Assembly: GCA_051530055.1 (NCBI GenBank)
Contig: CM121341.1
Span: 9,402,784 to 9,466,783 of the forward strand
Direction: 5' to 3'
Source: Neoechinorhynchus agilis
Taxonomy: Eukaryota; Animalia; Acanthocephala
Length of the DNA stretch: 64,000 nt
Position numbers and translations under genes: made by a program
The notes under the pieces: model-generated
What the model was told of the DNA's origin: nothing
The model's input: the letters and a program-made list of their open reading frames with translations, nothing else
Databases searched by the model: none
Part shown: positions 39,351 through 51,689 of the stretch, piece by piece
Layout: every line of letters starts with the position of its first letter
Position numbering within the stretch: position 1 is the first letter of the stretch

Positions 39351-40005
39351 TTATTCGTCGGTTCTGGCCGGTCCTATCATGTTTCCATCCAAACGATATC
39401 CTAGAAATTCGATAGTTCCTTTAGCCCAAACACATTTTTCGTTCTTTACAGCTATATTGGCCCCTGACAACCGATTAACCAGTTCCTCGACTCGCTCCAT
39501 GTGCTCCATTTCATTTTCACTAACGCCCAGAATTTTCCTCAAAAGATCATCCATAAATCCCTGAAAAATGCTCGGAGCCGTCTTAATTCCAAATGGAAGT
39601 CTCGTATATTTGAAATAACCGAACGGTGTGCTTATCACTAACAATTTCTGAGTTCTCTCATCGACTCCGATTTGTAAATATGCATTTTTAAGGTCTATTT
39701 CCGAACATATTTTAGCCCCAGCTATCTTCATCGATATCTCATTGAAGGTCGGCAACATGTAAGTGTCTGCTGCTAAGTATGGGTTAAGCGTAATCCGGAA
39801 ATCTCCACGTAATCGGATTTTACCATCTGATTTCGCAATCGCTACAATCGGCGTCGCCCATTCAATACTTTCCTTCATCGGATCTACCTCCTTCAGAATT
39901 CCTTCGCTCATCAACTTATCGACTTCCTCTTTGACGATATCTCTAATAGCGTAAGGTATTCTGCGACTTCCGTATATTTTAGGTATAGCCTCTTCCTTTA
40001 GGATC
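39351..40005 (-). mobile_element. Second Gypsy RT fragment
   Basis: EWATPIVAIAKSDGKIRLRGDFR, IDLKNAYLQI and YTRLPFGIKTAPSIFQ; it ends where the RTE element begins. Confidence 0.85.
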
Positions 40006-40019
40006 CCTTATTTCACGAG

Positions 40020-43000
40020 TCCCAAACTTTCTTTCACCATGATCGGACTTGATGTTACTGGTTCTTGTCGGTCACGTAAAAGAAGCAGCTCTGGCGGCCA
40101 GACAGCTACTGATAGTAGCCTGTCAACGCGGGGTCGGTGTGTTGCTCCACTTGGTGATGCGGCAGCGAACGGGAGCAACAAAATCCACCAGTGCAAGGGG
40201 AAAAAGTGAGAGCGTCGTAGCTCTCGTCGACGACTTGAGCGTCGAAATGAGCGAAACTGTCGCCGGAGGCAACGAAAGCGTCGGTCGAAGCTCATCACCG
40301 TGGTGGGTACGGACTGTTCAGGTGGCGCTGACAGCCGTGAGCCCTTTGGCCCAGCTATTTCAAATAGAAGAGGACTACGAATCGGATCCTTGAATTGTAG
40401 GTGTCTGCGAGCGCAATGGCGTAGGGGAACCCTGGCCAAATTGGCAGGGGACGCCAGAATGGATCTTGTGTTTTTACAAGAATTGCGCATAAGAGGCCAG
40501 TCAGACACAGCCGTAAATCAGGAGGATTTAGGAGGAGGCTGGTCATTATCTTACCTATCTGCGGACGGTCGAGGAAATGGAGGTGTAGGCGTTTGTTTAT
40601 AACCCCGCCTCCGAAACTCAGCACTATGCAGTATTATAACTGACCGAATCCTTCGTGTCAGCATAAAGCTTCGGTCGAGAAATCTCTATGCTTTGGCGTA
40701 TATTCACTGACGCCGAAGCGTTAGATGATGTACCGAACAGAGGCACCCTCCTAGTAGCCGGTGACTTCAACGCGATTTTACCGCATTCTGAAAGATCGCT
40801 ATATGTGTTGAAAGGCGAGAATCGGAACAGCCGGTACTTGGTTGAGGCGCTGGAGCGGCATGATCTCGTGTCTGCTAACACTTTATTCCGGAAACGTCCG
40901 TGGCGTTTTGCGACGTTTATGGGTCAAAAGAATCCGTCCAAACATGCCATGGGAAAAAATAAAACGCTGACACATTCACAGTTGACGGGCTGCCAACCGA
41001 CCACAAGTTGGTTAGGTGTCAGTTGAGCATGAGTGACTCGTTGTTCCGCACGCTTAAGCATCCTCCACGTCCGTTCTATGGCGCCCTCGCTAATGAGGAG
41101 AAGAGGAAAGAGTTCGATATCGAACTAGAGAATCAACTGAGCTCGATGCCAGCTGCTGAAACGGATATTGATTTTTATTACAAGTCAATCCGCGACGCAG
41201 TGACCGAAGCGGCCGAGAAAACCCTCCCAAAAATGATGCGTATAAAAGCTGCAAAGATTATATGGCAGGAGGACTGTGAATTTATAGCAATGGCTGAGCA
41301 GATCAAAACTCTAAGAAAAAGAGGAAAACGATCTGAGGCTCGCATTACAAGTCTTGAACTTGCCAACCTCTATAATGAAAAGCAAAAGGCTTCGATAGAG
41401 GATGCAGTTCGCGGGATCGCATATAAGGAAGGTTTTGTTCGTACCTCCTTAGCATGGAGAGCGATAAACACTCTCACAGGAAGATCCCAAAGACAGCCAA
41501 CTTTGATTAAAAGTCCCTCCCCGGAAATCAGAAAAAAAGAGATTCGCAAATTATTTTGCGGAAATTCTCAATTCGCCATTATCGTCTTTGGAAGGGAGTC
41601 CTGCACTTCCAAAAGGCACAATCGTCCCAAGCACTGAGGCATACTTCACTGGACCGATTTCCGTGAAGGAAGCGATCGCTGCGGCGAAAATGATGCGTGC
41701 GGGACGTGCATTAGGCCCAGATGCGAAAATGGCAGAGGTACTGAAATTTGAATCCATTGCCAGAAAAATCATACCGATAATGAATGGCATAATGAATGGT
41801 GGCTCAGTACCTCAAATCTGGCAAACGACGCATTTAACAATGATCCCCAAGAAATGCTGCTCGACAAAGGCGGAGGACTACAGAGCAGCATTTTGAGACG
41901 CCGAATTCAGCCAATCCTCGAACCGTTTCTAAGAATTGAACAGAACGGCTTCAGGAAAGGTCGAGGCACCACAGAGCACATATTGGCTTTGAGGAGGATC
42001 CTCGAGGAGGCACGAATTCATCAAACGGATGTGACTCTGGTATTTGTTGATTTCCGTCGAGCTTTCGATTCGGTAAATCGAACGATGATTGGCGGTATCT
42101 TAAAGGAGTATGGAGTGCCGCCGATCATTGTCACATCCGTTATGACATTATACAAAAACACAATTTCCGCCGTAAAGACAACTGACGGTTTGACAGAATA
42201 CTTTTCCACCACTTCAGGTATTCTGCAGGGCGACACATTGGCTCCTTTCCTCTTCATCTTGGTGCTTGATTGGGTAATGAGATGGGCACTACCGAATGAT
42301 GAAGATGGATTTCTTCTGTTGAGGAAAAGAGGTCGCAGGTATCCTGAGATACGCGCCTCCTACATGGCATATGCCGACGACATCGTATTGATGCCCTCAA
42401 CAGTCGAAGGAGCTCAACGCATGCTAAATAGACTGTGCGAGAGGGCGAGTTTGATTGGTCTGACCATCAACTCGAAAAAGACGATTCCGCATGCCGCGCA
42501 TACAGTCTCTGGCGAAGGGCCGAATGGCGTTGGGCAATTAAAACAGATAGAGCGGTATGTCTATCTGGGAGCTGTCGTTCCTGAGGTGAGTGCGGATGTC
42601 AGCCGGCGGAGAGCTAGAGCTTGGAGAGCAATGGGGCAACTTAAACCATTGTTTGACAGTGAGTCTTTGCCAGATGAACTCCGTTCGCAGCTGTTCAGGA
42701 CTCTAATTGAGAGCATTCTCTACTACAATGCAGAGACCTGGACACTGTTACCAACGGCGACGAGGCAGTTGGACCAAAATCATTCATCTCTCTTACGTTC
42801 GACGTTCAAGGTCAGATGGTCAGATAAAGTGACCAACAAAGCACTGTATAAGAGAGCCGGAGTCCAACCGCCCAGTGAATATTTGCGCCGCAGACGACTG
42901 CAGTTCACCGGCAATATAATTCCGTCCGAGGCATCTTGCCCACAGGTCGTGCAACAGTTCCTTTTCTCGAAGCCAACGACATTGTATCGTAAAGGCAAAG

Positions 43001-43165
43001 GGAACTGTCATACATACGATGACCTGATTTTAAGAGACGCGAACTGCCCGCATAACAGAACTGCTGTCGTGTATTTTAGATCCCTTGCGGAGTCCAATTC
43101 TATTTGACGGGCTTATATCTACGGTGAACGTAGGAAAGTACCGTTGCATACAATACAATACAATG
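40020..43165 (+). mobile_element. RTE-clade LINE (APE endonuclease plus RT), near full length, frameshifted
   Basis: EN motifs LNCRCL, LQELR, GGVGV and AGDFNA; RT motifs EQNGFRKGRGT, VDFRRAFDSV, GILQGDTLAPFLF and AYADD; short (TACAA)n tail at 43148-43164. Confidence 0.9.
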
Positions 43166-43199
43166 TTCTCCCCTCTCGCCCACCTTATTCTTAATTGTC

Positions 43200-44162
43200 C
43201 TCATATATATTTTTAAAAATTTAAAGAACTGTTCTTCCATATTTCCGCTAGTTTATGCAGATGATATATTTCTATTTTTTTAAAGCTAGAACATATTCAA
43301 TCCTAACTAATAATATAGCTAATTATATGCATTCTTTGTCTTCGGAACTTATGAAAGCCAATCTGGTTGTAAATAGTAATAAAACTTTCTTTATTCCACT
43401 TACTAAAACCTTGGTCTCGAGGAAACTCATATTTTAATGAATTAGCATCTAATTTAAATTTAATTAATATCAACTTTAGATCGCATTCCAGGATTTTAGG
43501 TGTAGACTTCCCTTGTAAGAATCATAGAATTTTTATTAACTCTTCCGTTAAAAGTCTATTGGCAAAAACAGTTATCTTCATCAAAAGAGCAAAAAGGCTC
43601 TCCATCTCTTCTCCTTTTATCTCGAAAGTTTTAAAAATCTTTTTAGGGTGTTCCATTTGTTTTTTCGCACGAGGCCGGCCCCCTGAAAATAGGCTTTCAT
43701 TTTATCGTATCTTGCTAAATAAGCTTAGTAGTATTCTCTTTAGAAATAATATAGATACGGAACCCCTTTTTTCCTTTTTAACAAGACTTTTCTTGTCTAA
43801 AATCTGGGTTTTTTTTAATCTTAATTCTAACTGTAAATATTTTAAATAAAACTCTTCAATTCTTACAATCCTTTACAATAACTCTTCTAGTTTTTTACCC
43901 ATTAATTCCACTAATCTCTTAAACAGGAAAGAGGTAAGTGATTTCATTACGCTCATTTCTCTTTTACAGGCTCAGGATAGGAAAAGGATACTTATTAATA
44001 GACAATAAAAAGGGTACTCGAGGCTGCTGTGAGGGATTTAAGAGATCGTCCTTCAACTCACAGTTGTCTTAGGCCCGGGACATGCTGGAACGCATAAACT
44101 AAAGAATTAAGGAACTGATTTGTGTGTTTGTTTGTATGAGGCGTATGAATAATAATAATAAT
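43200..44162 (+). mobile_element. Heavily decayed LINE RT 3-prime fragment (CR1/L2-like)
   Basis: Remnants NLVVNSNKT and RILGVDF; ends in an (AAT)n tail at about 44150-44162. Confidence 0.45.
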
Positions 44163-44519
44163 TCATACTGGAATGTCAAAAATCACAAAAAGCTGATAAT
44201 CTAAATCAAACTAAAAATTTAAGGTTAGGGATGGCAACACGTTCAAAGATGAGCGAGGAGATTTGACCTTTATAAATTGTTCCCTTGAAATTAAGCGTCC
44301 TCTTATTTAGATGACAAAATATTTTGGTTAATATTGAAAAGAAGGTATTCTTGCGACGGATCAAAACGAAATGTCATTTACGGTAATAGTTTGTTAAATA
44401 CAATATAAAAAAATCGTGATTTTACAACAAATTAAAGTTGTTCTAATATTTTCTTGGATGACTTTCACATTTATGAATAAATAATAAAGCACAAAAGGTA
44501 CAATCACTACCGTCCGCAA

Positions 44520-45310
44520 ATTCTTAGCTTCTCTCTTTCCTCGGCTGTCGCTATCACGCTAGCGGCATTGCCTCGTTGTACTGTCAGCGAGATATTTTGT
44601 CACAGGAATACATTTGCTCGTGCGTCGCCGGTCGTTTCTCTCAATTTCTTCGAGAGATCCTGGAGCAGAGTGAATGCCGAGCTGCCAAGCGCTCCATACG
44701 TCTCTACTCCGAAGGGGACAAAATAGTGGGCCCTTGCTAAATCCCTATATTTTCGTATTATCCTCCCTTCCGCTGCACCTCCAGCGATTTCGAGAGAGTA
44801 CGGAATGTTGCTTACTGTGAGGGACGTGGCGTCCCAGAGAAGGCATTTGCCCTCCCGCCACGGAAAGACCGAAATTCCGTCGGGTCGACGACTGTCAAGT
44901 CGACAAAGATGGGAGGGGAAGTTCGCCGTTCTCAACGCCCGAAAAATTGCGCTGTTGATCTCAGAATGGCATGAGAACCTTCCTTGTGACTTTCGGCGAA
45001 CGAGACCGTGTCTCTCGAAAGCATCAACCAAAGACCCACATCGACAGCGATGGGCGTGCATATCGGGAGACCAAGTCTTAAGGACACTGCGATCCTCGTT
45101 ACCTCATCAGTGAGAAGAGTTCCCACGGATGCCAAAGGAACAGCCTCCAACCACGCCCCCGATTCTCGTGTCGAAACTGCCAACAATCTAATTCGGACGA
45201 CCCCATCGCGGGAACCTGAAAGTAGAGAGCGCAACGATCATTTCCGCAGACAATGCGAGGTAGAGTTCTGGACATCAGTTAGGCAAAGCTACAGAACTGT
45301 TCAACAAGAG
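44520..45310 (-). mobile_element. 5-prime-truncated CRE copy (REL domain and 3-prime UTR)
   Basis: [39 protein letters not shown] and FVPFGVETYGALG; the 3-prime end closely matches 58850-59000. Confidence 0.9.
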
Positions 45311-45596
45311 GGATGAACTTTCCGTTTCGATGTTGCTACTATAACACACTTCAAAGCTCCACGTGCCTTTGTAGATTTCTGAAGAAGCCGTAAGACGTTA
45401 AATGCTCGAAAATATTGATTTTTCTTTATATCTACAACAGCCCGTCCAAGTGCCAATAAAAAACCTGATCAATCACGCGGCTAGCAAATCAAGTTGTATT
45501 GCACATGATTTTTCGAAATGATGCGATTAAACTTTATTTTTTAAATGTCTGCTGGAAGAGAACTTTATAAGTTAAAGTCAAATATGTGAACTTGAA

Positions 45597-45847
45597 ACAG
45601 CAAATCAAGTCTAATGTATCTACGAGCCTCCCAGATCCATCTCTTCACAACTCGGAACCGTCGCAAGGACACTTGCAGCGTTGCCGCGCTGGATCGCGAG
45701 ACCTATGTTTTGCAGGAAGAACGTTCCTGCTCTTGGGTCTCCGGTTGCGATCCTCATCTTCCTTGAAGGATCCACCTTAAAGTTCTTGGCCTCAGCACCG
45801 AAGGCACCGAGCGTCTCAACGCCGAAAGGGACGAAGTGATGCGCCCT
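45597..45847 (-). mobile_element. 3-prime piece of the CRE element whose body lies at 48243-50830
   Basis: Reads RA-HHFVPFGVETLGAFG...QNIGLAIQRGNAASVLAT, continuing exactly where the 48243 piece stops (KYDELLRA). Confidence 0.85.
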
Positions 45848-45984
45848 GAACAAAACAACCGCGAGATCTTCCAGTAAACCCAGAAAACGTACGGCTGATG
45901 TTGAACTTTCGGATAAATCAGTAGTAGCTGAACCAAAGAGAAGGTTAACGGAACACGAAACGGCCGCATCAGAATGAAACTGAA

Positions 45985-46806
45985 GTGAAACGTTCACGTC
46001 CTGATCGTAACGATCCCGATAGGTCAGTTCAGCGAGTTTCATCGTATGGCGTTTCCACTGGATCAACTCAATGGCCATTGGTTCAAATGGGACAATCCTT
46101 CTCCCAACAGCAGCAAATAAATCGCGGCCACCAACGATCGATTCAACAACGACAGCAAAATGCCAATACGAGTGTTCAATCTAACTACATGGCGTCTATA
46201 CCATCGTACGGTGAAAGTTTTGTTCAACCAATGAGCAGTCAACAGGAAGTTCCGTTGGATCTGTCGATGCCGCGAGGACGCTATCCAATACAACAAGACA
46301 ACCGAGGAAATGCCTACTCGCAGCATTCTTACCAATTGCAAAGGTATCCGCAAACGTGGACCCCTTACGATTTGATTGCGATTCAACCTCAGGCGCAACC
46401 CATGAGCAATGCCTATAACAATTTCCAAGGAACTTCATTATCGACCTCTAATGAGTACGTCTATCGACCAGGATATTCCCGAATGATAAATCAATCGGTG
46501 CCAAATAGTATGGAAGTTTATCCTGGAGGATATTACGCCGAAAGGCCCTATATTAATGAACGTTTCCCACAGCGACTATATCATCGAGCAAGCCAATCCA
46601 ATCCATCGAGAATGGTACATAACCTTCAAAACTATTACGATGGAGCACGATGGAGTTCGCAACAACCGAATAATTTTCAAGGAATTCCTCAGTTTCCTAC
46701 ACGAATGGAAATGCCGCAAGGAACAAATTATCGAATGGCTTACAATCCTAATGCGCTGGTCCCACGCAGCCATCAACGACGTACTAGAAACCGATCACGT
46801 CGTTAA
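45985..46806 (+). pseudogene. 5-prime-truncated duplicate of the Q/N/S/Y-rich tail ORF, lacking the TBP-like domain
   Basis: 273-codon frame still open. The listed start is GTG; the first ATG is codon 35. The upstream linker is frameshifted by the 14-nt deletion. Confidence 0.7.
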
Positions 46807-47681
46807 TAGGAATCGTTTATATGCTGCAAATTAATTCGATTTGTTTGACGCCACTAATCGAATATTTTCAACTAAGTGCATTTAGCAAAGGACATTTCCG
46901 ATTTTTGAAAGACGAACGTCCTGTGGAAATTAAGGAGATTACGACTGTTTTGGTTGTCGTGGAAGATAAATTATGGGAGGAATCGATATAAGTTTTCGAT
47001 CGGCAATGGTTGGATCAGAGACAATTGGATGAGCTGATTTATGGTATAATGATGTAGGGACTCGGTGATAACTTTATATTTGTTTCGGAAGGAAAATCGC
47101 GTTTAATGTGGAAAAACTATGTGGTTGTCTTTTATAGCTTTTCGGGCGCCTATGGAATTGCACATAGTCAAAGAAGTTAGGGATTCGGTTACTATTCGAG
47201 TTTTTAGGGTGTGAAATATGTTTTAGGGTATTCTTTAAAAGCGATTGGTTAGAGGGACGGCGGTAGCATGCGATGATGGTACTGATGCTTTATTCGGATT
47301 GTTGAGGTTATTGGTTACGATAGCTTTTTTTTTCGTAAATTCGACGCTAATATTTCCAGAAACGAGTTCATTGTCCAAATCTAAAGATTTATGTAGCGAT
47401 TACGGGGTTCAAAAGGTAAAATTTATGGCGCGGGGTGTTTCAAATGATAATAAAACTTAAACACACCTTTATTATCCAGTCTATAATCACTTAAAGTCTC
47501 TACTTGTGCCTTTAAAATGCTAAAATCGTTATTAGAACATTGCGTTTCTTCAAAAGTTGCGAAATAAATATATCCTGAAATGCTAACAACTAGAAAAACT
47601 TTCTGACCAATCGGTGAACAGATTTACGTTCATTTAATTGAGATCATTTCATTAAATAAATTTAAGAGCACGTCTCCAAGT

Positions 47682-48233
47682 TCAGCTTGTCCACATTATG
47701 TATAAAATGCAACGGTCACCATCTGAACCATCTTCTTGTGTTGTTGAAGTCTTAGATTTTCTAATTTTTCCAGAATTTTGGTTTTTCAAATTTTTATTAA
47801 CTTTGGATATAGCCGTATATTTATTTTCGATGTTTGATGTTGGATTGACTTCTTCTTTTTGCTTCAAACCCCCAATAACCATAATTTTATTGTTGTCCTG
47901 ATTGACGACTTCATCAACAATTTTTTTCCAGCCTTCGCGATAGTCTTGCCACGTTTTCTTGTTTTCATGATGGAAGGATAGGTTCAAATCACTATCTTTA
48001 CTGTTGCTGCTGATATCAACTTTCTCTTCTAACTCCGTAGCCCCACAAAAGCATTTTACTAATGCTCGCAATATTCCGCGAAATCCTTTTAATTTTTTGG
48101 TCTCCTTAGTGTTCGCACCATTGCTAATTTCACTTAGTTTTGTATCACGGCTCTGCTTAAAACAAAAGCATTTTCTCATCACTAAACGAAAAGATGTTAA
48201 GAAAAAATATAAAATTTAATACTTACTTTTCAT
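47682..48233 (-). pseudogene. Duplicate of the tail-anchored protein gene with most of the TM segment deleted
   Basis: Keeps the ATG exon and the 45-nt intron, but ends IMWTS* because of the about 193-nt deletion. Confidence 0.7.
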
Positions 48234-48242
48234 TTTACTAGT

Positions 48243-50830
48243 GCCCTCAAGAGCTCATCGTACTTCCCGCGCTTGCGTTCCTCTGCGGCAATTGCAGCAC
48301 CTCCTTCGCGCCTTGAGGAATGTCGTAGATTGGGCAGAGCAAGGGTGTCCACACAAGTAGCGTCCCAGAGAAGGGATTTCCCTTCTCGCCACGGGAACAC
48401 CGTTACGCTATCCGGTCTTTGACCGTCGATTCTGCAGAGATGACTCGGTTCGAGCAGATTCGGTGCGTGTATCGTGTTTAACGCCCGACTAATAACCGAG
48501 TTAATCTCAGCGTGGCGAGCATACCTGCCACCGGACTGGCGACAGACGAGACCGTGTCTACCCAAAGAATCCACAAGGGCTCCACAACGACAGTAGTGTG
48601 GGACACAAATCGGGATTCCCAGTCGTAAGGACACTCCGATCCTTACTGTTTCGTCCGACAGTAAATTTTCGATCGAAGGAATCGGAACTGCGTTCAGCCA
48701 GGCACCGGATTCTTTCGAGGAGACCGCCAACAATCGAGCTCGGGTCATCTCATCACGCGCGTCGGAAAGCATTGAGTCGTGAACTCGCGTGATTAAAGGT
48801 TTATCCCAAACTGACTGTCTCTTGCCTCTCAGAGTAACTTCATCGCACTGCGTAATGCAACAAAATTCGAAGACCGCCTCTTTAAAATTTTCATCAAGTA
48901 AAAACTCTTTTTCGAGCAATTTAGCTACCAACTTTCGGCTGCTCTCATAGGAACCTAAAAAGGCCGGAATCGCAACATCGGATGTTTTACGAATACTCAA
49001 ACCGCCAAAAGATACAGGCAAACAAGCTTGTCTCCATGCCTCATCCGACAGTTGGATATTTAAAATCCCCTCGAGACACCTCCTTAAATTATCATCAATT
49101 TTCGTCAAGGAGTGTTGATGTTTGAAGAAGGGCGCTGTACGCAACTTGTATAGCAACTTCGGAAGGAACAGGGCACTCTTTATTAAAAATAATGCCTGAT
49201 GGGATGGAAGTTCCTTCGTACGCTCGCAGAGCAATTCGACTCTCGGCGCTATTTGGAGGAACTCCTGAGGTATATTTTCATTAAAAACGCAACTACCCAG
49301 AAGAGACAGTTGAGCACGCGAAAATATTTTGATGTTAGGTGCTAGCTGCGTAAAGCTGTTGAGGATCTCAGTTTGACTAGCGGCGTTTTCTGCATTCATC
49401 AAAAACAGCTCACATTTCGAGGTATTAAGCTCAACGCCGAGCTGGGCAGCTTCCCTCATGACGACCTCCAAATCTCGCAACACCACGGAGGGAGACCCAC
49501 CGAGTGTTGCATCGTCCGAATACCAAGCATTAAACTTGGATTGAAGCGAATGAGCGATCCGGTTGACGGTAAGAGAGAAACCGATGGGACCGAGAGGATC
49601 ACCTTGTTGGACACCTCGTTGAGACCAGATGATACGGTCGTTGAAAACAAGAGGAGTCTCAGTCCCATAGGCGTTGAGGAAATACTGGTATGCTTCCGGT
49701 GCGTAAGTTGCGACGATGCAATTCGTCACCAACGAACAGATCAACGAGGCGTGACAATCTATTCGAAAGGCTCTGAGCGGCTTCACCAACGGAGAAGGAC
49801 AACATGTCCTTGAGGTGTTTAGGCCTAAGCCCGTCTAGCCCATGACCGGATCCACTAGCAAGGGAGGATATCGCTGAATTGAGTTCCTTTACAGAGCAGG
49901 GAGACTTCGAGGCAGCCGCGAGGCAAGTCGGGATTTTCGGTGGTTCCGATGGAGGATGTTTTTGATTCAGGGTTTTGAGAGTTTCCTCGTTAACCTGGGT
50001 AAAAACTTTAGAGGAGGAAAGGATGCGAACAGCTCCCCGGATGTCGCCATCCGCAATTTTAAAGGAGGCACGTTCCCCTATGGATCTAGCCGAAAAATTA
50101 CTGTGTATAGGTTGTTCTGTATGTCCGCGATCGGCAGCTCGAATTGCGCCCGAAAAGAGTTGATCGAAGGAGGCGATTCTTTCTTTGATTGAACTGACCA
50201 ACAACCCCTCCGAACGGTCACCAGCGCTAAGAACCAGCCTGGGAAAAGCGAAGAGACGTGTCCATGCAATGTCAGACCCGTTTTCTAAGCAATCCCTTAG
50301 CAAAGCACTAAATGACTTCGTCATCTGATACCGAGCGCCCTTTGGGATCCGTTTCAGGATGTTACTGCGCAGAGCGCGCAAGATATCAGGGAATTTCGTG
50401 GGAATGACCTGAGGCGCTGGGACATTCCGAGGAGGTAGTGGGTTCGGGATGACAGATCTTGGGGGCGGGAGGAACCAGAACAGCGGGATCTGAAGGGACC
50501 GTGTATCCGTACTAACAAGGATTTGTTAAGGCAAAAACAACCACCGCATTCCGAACAAAAACCTTTCGGAGAAGAGGTGGCCTGGAGGTTTGATAACGCG
50601 GCCTGTCGTTGTAAAGCCATTGCGTCATCATCATCATTCAACTCGACGTCGTCCGGTTGTCGTGTTATGGGCACAGGGTAATCCAACTCAATTGATGACG
50701 TCACAGTCGGCACGGCAGAATCCGAGAGGTCAACGTTCGGCTGCATTGTGTAAAGAAAGACCTCAAAAAAGACCGACCGAGACCACACAACGAATTCTCA
50801 GCTAGCTTATCGGTCGGTAAGCGAAGAACG
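48243..50830 (-). mobile_element. Body of a nearly full-length CRE-clade retrotransposon (Zn-finger-like N-terminus, RT, REL endonuclease)
   Basis: CSECGGCF...HGPFRSRC, KIADGDIRGAVR, DGLRPKHLKD, GVQQGDPLGP, WYSDD, PVSFGGL, CRCGA..H and [22 protein letters not shown]; three frames joined by frameshifts or a deletion. Confidence 0.92.
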
Positions 50831-50949
50831 CTGTCAAGAACTGCTAAGACAGTTTGCGCAGGAAATTACGATATATAGAACGCAAAAGCTCAGAGTTTTT
50901 AAATATTCGAGTAGGATCTCCGAGATGGCAATTAGTTTTGCTTTGTTGC

Positions 50950-51167
50950 AGGACGAAGTTTGCTTGTAAGTTTGCCAAGAGCCTTACGGCGGATCTTTCA
51001 AGGAAGATGGGGATCGCAACCGGAGACCAAAGAGCAGGAACGTTCTTCCTGCAAAACATAGGTCTCGCGATCCAGCGCGGCAACGCTGCAAGTGTCCTTG
51101 CGACGGTTCGGAGTGGTGAAGAGATGGATCTGGGAGGCTCGTAGATACATGAGACTTGATTTGCTGT
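50950..51167 (+). mobile_element. CRE 3-prime end, same subfamily as 45597-45847, opposite orientation
   Basis: SRKMGIATGDQRAGTFFLQNIGLAIQRGNAASVLAT; an about 170-bp near-identical inverted match to 45597-45770. Confidence 0.85.
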
Positions 51168-51689
51168 GAGCTTAGTTTTTGTATGAATTAAATCTGTCTA
51201 CTTCACTTGAAACATATTTTCATAAATTCCGGAGTATACAAAAGCTTTGTTTAAAGCAGAGACGTTTTATCAATATTTCATAAGAGTGCAATTTAAGTAT
51301 GTTCATTAAAGTGAAGTTCAAGCAAAAAATCGTGTTCCAATGTTGGTGATTTTATAATTGCTTCATTTTTTATTTAAAGCGGTTAAACTGGTTGCCAACA
51401 AAAATTGAAAAAAATGATAAACAGATTGTTCAGTTTTCTTGAAGCCTACTGACTAGCCATAATCCATATAAAGCAGTATTTTAATTCTCTTCTGAATTCG
51501 TCGCAACCTTCAAGGCAAAGCGTTTATTGACCGAAATTCTCCGAATCGACTTTTGCCTGAAAATAAGCATTAATATTTGCGTTACACGCAAATGCCGCAG
51601 CAATTATCAGTCGATCGGCAGCAAGATTATATGGGCTTGTCTATGCTTGGTTGTTTTGCGTTCAATGGAACCAAAGATCAACATCAAGA

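Larger units (their letters stand above)
45860..48242 (+). repeat. About 2.4-kb segmental duplicate of 55855-58442
   Basis: Near-identical, roughly 99 percent in the ORF. Relative to the source it has a 14-nt deletion (source about 55963-55976) and an about 193-nt deletion (source 57699-57891). Confidence 0.97.

Noticed and set aside
40100-40180. HDV-like ribozyme at the RTE 5-prime end (GTTGCTCC...GCGAACGGGAGCAAC)
   Set aside because: Only simple hairpins are present; no P1/P3/L3 nested pseudoknot could be built.
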